DNA of 64,000 nucleotides from Ramazzottius varieornatus (lineage: Eukaryota > Animalia > Tardigrada), in assembly GCA_001949185.1 (NCBI GenBank), contig BDGG01000004.1, positions 1,079,620-1,143,619 of the forward strand. The letters are read 5' to 3'. Both the position numbers and the translations under genes were made by a program. Position 1 is the first letter of the stretch. The number at the start of each line of letters is the position of its first letter. Below, one piece after another: positions 52,233 through 64,000 of the stretch. Below the pieces are notes generated by a model that was not told the DNA's origin, searched no databases, and was given only the letters and a program-made list of their open reading frames with translations.

Positions 52233-53027
52233 TCAACCGGAAGTGACAGCAAGAGCGGTGTAGTAGCTTGTCCAAGGCAACTTTCAACAAACCACTCGAT
52301 GTTGCTGCTACAAGGGCGGCTTCCCACAAAATCTCTGATCTATGAAGAAGGTGGAGAGTAAACACTACAGGACACTAACTCCTCGGGCAAAATTTCACCA
52401 ACAAAGGTTTAACATACGGTACAGCGTGTAAGCGTCATACCGCTTACACTTTAAAACCGCTGCAATGAATAATATGGCTCTTATAAAACAACCGTGGGCC
52501 CACCATGTGCGCGAGGTCGATCGATTCTCGAAAAATTGCTATTAAAGTTAATTGCATTGATTGAATGGATTGGCTGATTCAAGAAATCATGAAAAGCAGA
52601 CACTCCTATGTCCCAGTGAGGGTATGTCCGCACTACGTAGTACAAGATGCTTTTCTGTTTTCAATAATTTTTCCAATTTTGCATGTTAACGGAGTCACCT
52701 TCGCGTCTTTTGCTCTTGGTGCGCACTCCGATGATTTTTTTCTGCTAGCTCATGGATCTTCAGACGGCCGGATTACAGTGGGTACTCATATCCTTACAGT
52801 GGGCACTCGATCTTATACGGTGCTCGATGCGTATGTATAACATGTGAACTAGTGTCATCCCTGTTCTAGATCGTGTATAGGCAGTATAGCCCTTCGTCCC
52901 CTGACTGATTATTAGGCACAGAAGGATGCGTCTCATTCTTTGACTCAAGCTGTGAGAAGATCGAAAGCTATGGAGACGCTAACAGTTCAACTTCGAATTC
53001 TCTGAGGACCTAATTGGAGCATATAGT

Positions 53028-56534
<3,507 letters not shown>

Positions 56535-57375
56535 GCATGTCGTGGGACAATTTGGCCTAGTTATTCTTTTTTCCGGTTGAGGAATTCACCGTCGTTTTGG
56601 GTTCGTCAGACTGTCTGAAAGCAATAGTGCGGGCTTCAAGGCTTCAAGAAGGATTGTTGGTTTCAAGAAGCTTACTTTAAATCCGTTTTGGATGCATGTA
56701 CAGTGTGGCCAAGTTTTTGGTCGGGGTTGTAGTTGGTTGAAGTAACTTTGAAGGACCATGGATAGTGTCCAATACTATGTATTGCGCTCTCTGAATTTTT
56801 CTTTTAGCTGATGCTCAGTTGGGATTTTACAGTATAAAGACGTTCTCCGGTGTACTCATGATCCATTTTAGTCTCATATCGAGGTGGCATGCTTGTTGAT
56901 TTCCTTTGGATTTTGTTTTCAGCCCCGTTGCATTATGATTGAAACATAAAGTTTGCCGTACTTGAAAAACAGAGGCTTGTAAATTTGTTCGTATTGCGAT
57001 ACGAACGGAAAAGCCAGTGCAGACAGGAATTACCAGCTTGTGTGCACCATATGGCCAAAGTAGGGTACCACGTCTGCATGGTCGTGCGCGCCGCTTATAG
57101 CTCTTGCGAAGTACGGTACGCCGTTATCACAGAGTCTTCTAAATGGACTACGAGCAACGCAAGACTGTCAACTGTTTGGCTTATCGACACCCGTATAATA
57201 TGAATACTTCAGCTCGCACGAAAATCTATGTTGATACTGACTTCCCTCTTAATCAAATCTGAACTCCCTCCTTAAATTTAAGTTGTGTTGTACATGGGTT
57301 TAGTCCGTTGATTCATTGGCCGGTCCTTCTTTCTGTCAATCGAACAGAAACCATTGCCTCTCATTCCCGGGGAAA

Positions 57376-58221
57376 ATGTCCCGAAGTAGCGGTGTTGGAT
57401 CACCGGCTCGGCCAATGGTCGAGGGGACTGCGGAAGGTCCAGGCTTCGTTGGCATCATGTTCTGCCAAGAGTGGTAAGTTTCTACCGTGCAGTATCAAAC
57501 TTTGTTTTGATTACATGAGTAAATTTCGACGTCTGTCTTTTGCAGTAACAACATGCTTTATCCTCGAGAGAACAAGGAACGAAAAGTTCTGATGTACACG
57601 GTAAGCTGCTCTTGACCTTGTTAGCTCTGACGCCGTCGGCTGCTGGCATGTCTACGGTAGATTCTAGTCAGCGGTTTACGACGTCGCGGTTCTTGGCTGC
57701 GTGGCTGTTAGCCGAGAAGACTTTGACGGGGCTTATTGTGTTGGTGAACCGTACTGCAGGCTACGCACATCGCGTTGACGAGCTTAACGTTGTGATATGT
57801 CATGCAGTGTCGGAACTGCGATTTCAGCCAAGAAGCCGGAAATAGCTGCGTCTACGTCAACAAGATTATTCACAAGACCAAGTAAGAGAAACTGAGTAGC
57901 GGAAGAACCCCCGGGAAACAATTGGGGCGAGTGTAACTGACCGAGGAACTTTTGTACAGTGAACTGACGCATTTGGTCGCTGATGTAGTGGCGGACCCTT
58001 GCCTACCGCGGACGACCGAGCATCCTTGCCCAAAGTGCGGCCACCGAGGAGCCGTTTTCTTTCAAGCCCAGTCTCGGCGAGGAGAAGTGAGCTGTTATTT
58101 CCGCCCACCAAAACGGTGTCGTTGCGCGCATTGAATAAGTCACCCTTATTTTTCGCAGGAAGAAATGAAATTATATTATGTTTGCGCCGGTCCGAATTGC
58201 GCCCATCGATGGACCGAATAA
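57376..58221 (+). CDS. POLR2I: RNA polymerase II subunit RPB9, 5 exons
   Basis: Spliced: [72 protein letters not shown]. Confidence 0.95.
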
Positions 58222-59814
58222 CAAAAGAACAGCTGCAACCCATATCGACCATTTGAGTCAAGGACCTCAGACATCCCCGTGTGGTTTCTTCCGGGATCGC
58301 ACCCAACTGGCTTTCTTTCCTACGTCTCCTCCTCAACACGCGATTTTTTTGTTAGGACATTTTTCTACGTTTTTTTCTACAGCCTGTTGATGTTTTCGAA
58401 AATGACTGTTCTTAGTGCTGATGGGAAAGATCTGAGCCTGTGTCACCTGTCGAGCGTTTTGTGCTTTATGCAGTGTCAGTCTTTGAAAATAACTGTCTTT
58501 CGCTTTCCTGTTCGCACCAAGTCACGAAGAAAAAACGAGCGATTGTCAGAAAAATAAAACGTAACGACGTCGAGGCAGTTGTCGTGAGAAATCATGTCCT
58601 CAAGTGAGAGCTAGAGGAATGGACTGGTCATCGGGCAATCTAGGTAGGTATGGCGAGTTGGCTCTCTGGTAGTCGGACTGGTTTGCCCGCATGGCACCAG
58701 TTCCCGTGCAAGGACGTATCCTTGCTTATTTTACTGTAATGATTTGCTTTCTGATTGCTGTCATTTTTTTCTCATTATTTTCTCGTGTGTTGTGTTCGTC
58801 TATCGTGGAACGATAGAGACCTAAAAGCCTGATGTTGCGAGGGCTCCCCAAGCAGGGGTTCCTATAAACCAAAGAAAGACGAACAAAAGTACGCGTGTAC
58901 CCACAGTGGAAAAACGTCGGAGTGAATCTACAGGAAACGATAAACCTGATGAAACAAGTTCACTTCCGGGTTCGTTCTCGACAATCTAATAGGTCTGCCG
59001 ACTAATGAAGTCTCTAGAATCTGAAGAAGACAGTATCTTTTCTACACTGTACCGTTTGCATTTTCATCGGTTACCCCTGACTGCAATCTTTATAGGGATC
59101 CTCGGTAAAAGCTACAGACAATTTCCAACCGATGACAGAGCAAGAACAGTTTAAAACAGGATACTGGATAAAAGCATGGGCGCAATTTGAACCGACCACA
59201 GTCCGATCTTGATTCGCATGCCGCAGACACAACCACAATACTGAGAGCGTAAATTGTAATCATTAAATTTGTTCAGTATGTTGTGAGGTGCTGGGAAATC
59301 ACCGAATCAAAAATATGAGCAAAAGCGTCCTATTACTGTACCGAAAAGACTAGCAACAGCATTAAAGAGCAAGCACTAAACTGGACGGCGACGGAATGAA
59401 GTAGGTAGATAATGCGTACTGGCAGCGACGAAAGTGTTACACCCGTCAGTCGAAGACATCGGGTGAAGAATACGGAGGAAGGAAGGGATGAAAGGCTAAG
59501 TGGCTCGGGCGGATACTACAACTTTTTTACGGAGCATAAGAGCCCTGCAAACAGAAAAAGGTTTCAGAACAATTTCTGGGTAGCAAGATACTGTTAACAC
59601 GACGTAGAACAAGAACAAGGTGGGCCGCTAACATTATTGGACTCGGAATTAAACTGCAACAGGGAGGCTATGCCGGCAAACGAAACGTGTAAGACTGTTA
59701 AGTTAAGTGGTGCAGTTTTTCATTGTTATTGGCTGGAAGCGTGCGCCGCTCACGAAGACACTCTTGTGCGTCTCGTCTACCGGCTTCCCAAGAGACATGA
59801 ACGTAACTCTGGAT

Positions 59815-62800
59815 TCACTTGTGGACAGTGAGAACTTCATACTGACAAAATGGGGTCAATGAACGTAGAGGAAACAGGTAAACGAGGACTGGACAATATT
59901 GACAGACGCCATGAAGGCGTACCTCGCCAACTGTCCTTCTTAGGTTTTTTCTTAATGACTGGTGTCTACAGGAAAGCAACATGCGTACAATGAATGGCAT
60001 GTATCAAGTCAGCCATGCACAGTTCGTAATCTATCGTCCACAGTTTACAAAGTTCTACTGACCTGAGGCGAATGAGGATGGTCATTTTCGAAGTGAGGAG
60101 ACCTCCTACCGGAATGCTGTCTACCAACAAACACCAGCATTACTAATACCCGAACTCTAATCAGGTCTCTGTAGGCACGCAGCTGTACTTACGTCTGACA
60201 TATGATCGCCGCCAGCTTGGCCATTCATTTCACCGTTGCCCCTTCTGAGTAACTGCTCTTGGTCGTTCAGGGCCTAGTAAACAAGCAAAACTCAAATCTC
60301 GAATCTGCATATTCCATATCCAACTTCCGGTCTTACCTCTCGTAGCCTGTGAACGACTTCCTCCTCTTTCTTCAGAGAGTCCAAGCCAAAGCTGATCAAG
60401 CTACAATGAAACACAATCTTAGCCATCTTTAGAGTCTTTTCATGCTCCAGTTTGGCGAAGTGTGCGCCAACATACCCTCGTTGTCTGAGCAGTTCTTGAG
60501 CCATCTTGCGAGCATTCTCCTTCTCCCCATCCAGTGCACTTCTCAACCCCTGAGCATCCTAAGAAGCGATCATAGACATGAGAATAAATTTCAAGATCGG
60601 AAAAAGCTGGTTGAAACTTGACCGAGTACTAGGTAGGATGTTACCTGGTGGAGTTGGTCAAGGTTCTGGCTCTTGTTCTTCAGCTCGTTGATCTCCTGGA
60701 GAACTGCAGCTAGCTGATGGTCGACTTCTCTCTTGGAGTTTTGTGATTCTTCTAGACTTCTCTTGGTATTGGTGAGTTCCTCGCTTAGGTGGTCCTTCTC
60801 ACGACGAGCCAAACCAAGGTCGCCCTTCAGGGTATCAGCATCCCGGCGCAGCTGGTTGAGGCTTTCCTCGATCGATGAGACTGACTGCAGGCGTTCTTCC
60901 GCTTCTTTCAGACGATGTTCCATCGCGCTGACTGATGATTGACGCTCCTCCAGTAGACGATGCGAGTGGTTCTTCTCTTCGGCCAACTACGGCAACAGCG
61001 AAATTTTGCTACCCTTTCCTTGAGTGGGATGAAAGAGCAGCGATCAGTACCTGCGAAAGCTGAGTTTCCAAAGTTCTGCACTTGTGTTCGTAGTCTTTGG
61101 CACTACGATCCACCAACTCCCACTTTTCCTCTTCGCTCTCGATGCTGGCCTGCAGCTCATGGAGCTTCTTCTCTGTCTCAGCCAGCGACTTTCTAAGGTG
61201 CTCGGCTTGGGACTTGGAATCAGCCAGTTCTTTTTCTAGCTGCTCGACCTAGGAAGCAAACATTCGAACTCTGTCAGACATCCTATGCTGAGCAGAATGG
61301 AATACTAAAAACATACCCTGTGAGTCTGAGCATCATCCTTCCGTATGCTTTGCTTCACCTGAGTTTCGAAGTGGGATAACCACTCGTCGGCATTCTAAAC
61401 ATGGAAGACCATCACCAGCTACAAATTATGTTCCCGAAGAGAAGATGCAAAAACCTCAGCATGACGGTAAGAGTTACCAGGGAATGGTCCACATGAATGG
61501 AAGGGAAGAGACGGTTGAGCACATCACGATGCTTTCCTTGAAGCTCGGCGAATCGCGACTCATAGCGTTCCTTGATATCGAAAGAGAATATTAAAAGCCA
61601 CTCTTATGGACTGGAATGATAGGCTATATAGCGAGTATTATTCGGGCGCAAGATGTCCTCACCTGCGCGTCCTGCAAGGCTTCAGATCGGACCTGATCAA
61701 CTTTGCTCTTAGCCTCTTCTTCCTTCTGTTTGAAATCCTGCACAAATCCATTAATGATTAAGAGACACGCACCTCATACTACATGTTGGAGATGTGCGTT
61801 TCTTACCTCGACAGAGCTTGTCAATTTGAGGACCTCCTCGCGAAGATGAGCTTCTTCTTGGTTATATTGCTCTTGGGAGCCACGAGCTTCTTGCAAAGCA
61901 GTTATGCTCTGAGTCAGCTTCTCGTTCATCTGCTTCATTTCGCTGTTCTCGGTCTGGAAATTCTCCACTTGCTGGACCAGTTCCTGCAGAACAGAAGGCA
62001 TATGTAAGATAAAACTCCAAATGTGATGGATACGAGCACCCCCGCAGAAAACAAACCTGAATTTCAGCGTCGCGTTTGGAGAGAGCGCTGTTTAGATCAG
62101 AAAGTTTCTTGTCGATAGTCTCACGCTCATGGGCCGCATGACGTTCTCGGTCACGGGATTCTTGCAGCTGGCTTCGCATGGTTTCTAGTGCTGCTTTCAT
62201 CTCTTCCAGCTCATTTCCGATATCCTCCTCGCTCTACAGAAACAAACGATTAATCAAAAAAATCGTCATGCATAACATTACAGCCACGAAAAGCTCACCG
62301 AGCGAACGTGAGTTTCGGTTTCCAGCAGCTGCATCTTGTTTTGCTGCGTCAAGTGCTGAACTTGTTCCTCCAACTGCTGAATCTTGATGTAGCCAGTTTG
62401 AAGGTCGCGCATTAGCCGTTCCTTCTCGGTCCGGCAAGAGGCAAGCTCACTGGTCATATCCTCGGCGTCATCGCGTACTCTGTAAACCACCAATAATGCA
62501 ATGGAGTTCTCAAAAGAGCATTTCCAGTTATCGAAGCATGATCAAGCAGAGCTGATGTTTCGTGAAGGAGAATTACAGAAGTACCTTGTCAACTGATCGG
62601 AACTCTCAGAGGAGGCAAGGCGGCTTTGACTTTCCGATTCTTTCAGGCGCTGAGTGAACTGGTTCACGTCTGCAGCATGCTTATCCTGAACTTCCTTCAG
62701 GCGAAGCGTCAGTGTCCTGACCTGGTTCTCCAATGTCGGCACCTTCTCTGCCAAGCTTTTTTGTGCTTCTGTCAACTGCCGACTCTGCAAACGCTCCTGG

Positions 62801-64000
62801 TTCAACAAACCTCTGCAGAACAAGAAAAGAGTTATCACTATGGTTCCACCGCCGTGTACGAACAAGACACTCACTTGAGGTCTTTGAGCTGTTCAGACAA
62901 GACTCGATTCAGTCCCTTCTCTTCAATTAGATCCTTCTCTTTTCCTTCGATCAGCCGACGGGCAAGGGTGGCTGGATCAACAGTCTTGCTTTTACCCAAC
63001 TGGACCCATTCCGAATGGCGTTCGCTCTGCTTGACAATCAGGACATGCAGGAGACCCTGAGTTTGCTCGTCCGACAGGTTAACGTTGCGCAAAAGACCCA
63101 AAACCTCGCTGTATTCGGAGCCTGCAAGGAACTTGCTAAACTCACCAGCTTTAAAAAGACGTAGGCAAACAAACTCAATTCTTTCTTTCAAGCGGCGCCC
63201 GCTTACAGCTCCTAACACTAACAACATGCGCCAGTTGAGAAAACGATGTTATCAGGTCGGTTTGCTGACATCCCATATCAAGGCCACAGAAAAGTGAAGA
63301 CCCATACATACCAGTAGCAGCCGGACTTGCAGCAAACAAGACTTCTTTTCTGGAAGTACTCTCGGAAGTCGAAGCAGTCTTCTCTTTTCGACGTTGAGTA
63401 CCTTCCTGTTTGTTCAGATCCTTCGGTCCGTTGTCAGTCTGCTGCTCGTTCACAGTGTTCACGCTGGTTTCAGACTTCTTCGCCGTCTTCTTCTTGTCCT
63501 TTCCACCAGCTTTACCGGCTGTCGTCACAGCCGCCATGGCCTCCGAAGGACGAGGCATGGACTCCATCAGGTGTTGGGCCTTCTCCATCAAGACCTTACC
63601 TTGTTCGCTCACAGCCGTGGCCACATTGCTCGCTACATGTTCGGCCTGTTCCATCAGATGGTGCGACTCGGCCGACAATGTAGCCGTGACATCACTCAAG
63701 ACTTGTCCACCGCGCTCCTTGAGAACTTTTCCTTGTGCTGCTGTGGCAGCAGCGACCGTGTCCAGCATGTGGCTGGCTTTGTTGGCTAGGCTAGCGTTCT
63801 CGTCATTCTCCGACTCGGATTTGTCTGTTCGTTTGCTGCTGGTCTTTTTCTTCTTCTCGACGGACTTCTCTTTGGCCAGCTGCTGAGGCTGTGGGGAAGC
63901 TACCTTAGACTTTGAAGCTTCGGTGGTTTTCTCTTGTCGCTTGACAGGGACGGGCGCGGCCTCGTTAGCGCTAGACTCGCCATCGGTACCGGAAGCTTGG
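59815..64000 (-). CDS. Ribosome-binding protein 1 (p180)/kinectin-like long coiled-coil ER protein, 3' part, multi-exon
   Basis: LSDEQTQGLLHVLIVKQ...EWV...DPATLARRLIEGKEKDL resembles the conserved RRBP1/KTN1 block. A Lys-rich region lies upstream and an extensive coiled coil downstream. The last exon is tentative and the 5' end is outside the window. Confidence 0.7.

Noticed and set aside
58300-59800. Short ORFs between RPB9 and the RRBP1-like gene
   Set aside because: No recognisable coding signal; probably 3' UTRs of the convergent genes.

Overview
Compact, intron-rich animal genomic DNA with mostly 50-100 nt GT-AG introns and short intergenic gaps. The style suggests a tardigrade such as Ramazzottius, but this is inference only. 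Host genes in order: 3' end of a CSPG4/NG2 proteoglycan, a reeler-domain secreted protein, KICS2/C12orf66, a C2H2 zinc-finger gene, DmX-like/Rabconnectin-3A, a divergent PCM1-like coiled-coil gene, a catalytically dead astacin, TBL2, two divergently oriented carbonyl reductase (SDR) paralogs, a disrupted white-type ABCG transporter, NDUFAF4, Regnase-1/ZC3H12, RPB9, and the 3' part of an RRBP1/kinectin-like gene. There are two mobile-DNA clusters. (1) 31.8-36.2 kb: a PIF/Harbinger-type transposon with TIRs and AAT TSD, carrying a nested hAT-type MITE, with a second small MITE beside it. (2) About 45.6-50.45 kb: an unclassified ~4.9 kb insert inside the white-like gene. It encodes a decayed multi-exon HMG-box/acidic-tail protein and carries six 38-bp palindromes (16-bp arm + 6-bp variable spacer + 16-bp arm) spaced about every 665-710 bp, four of them inside introns of the element's own gene. 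This periodic, recombinase-site-like array is the best candidate here for an undescribed system. Gene boundaries were read by eye from splice signals and are approximate.
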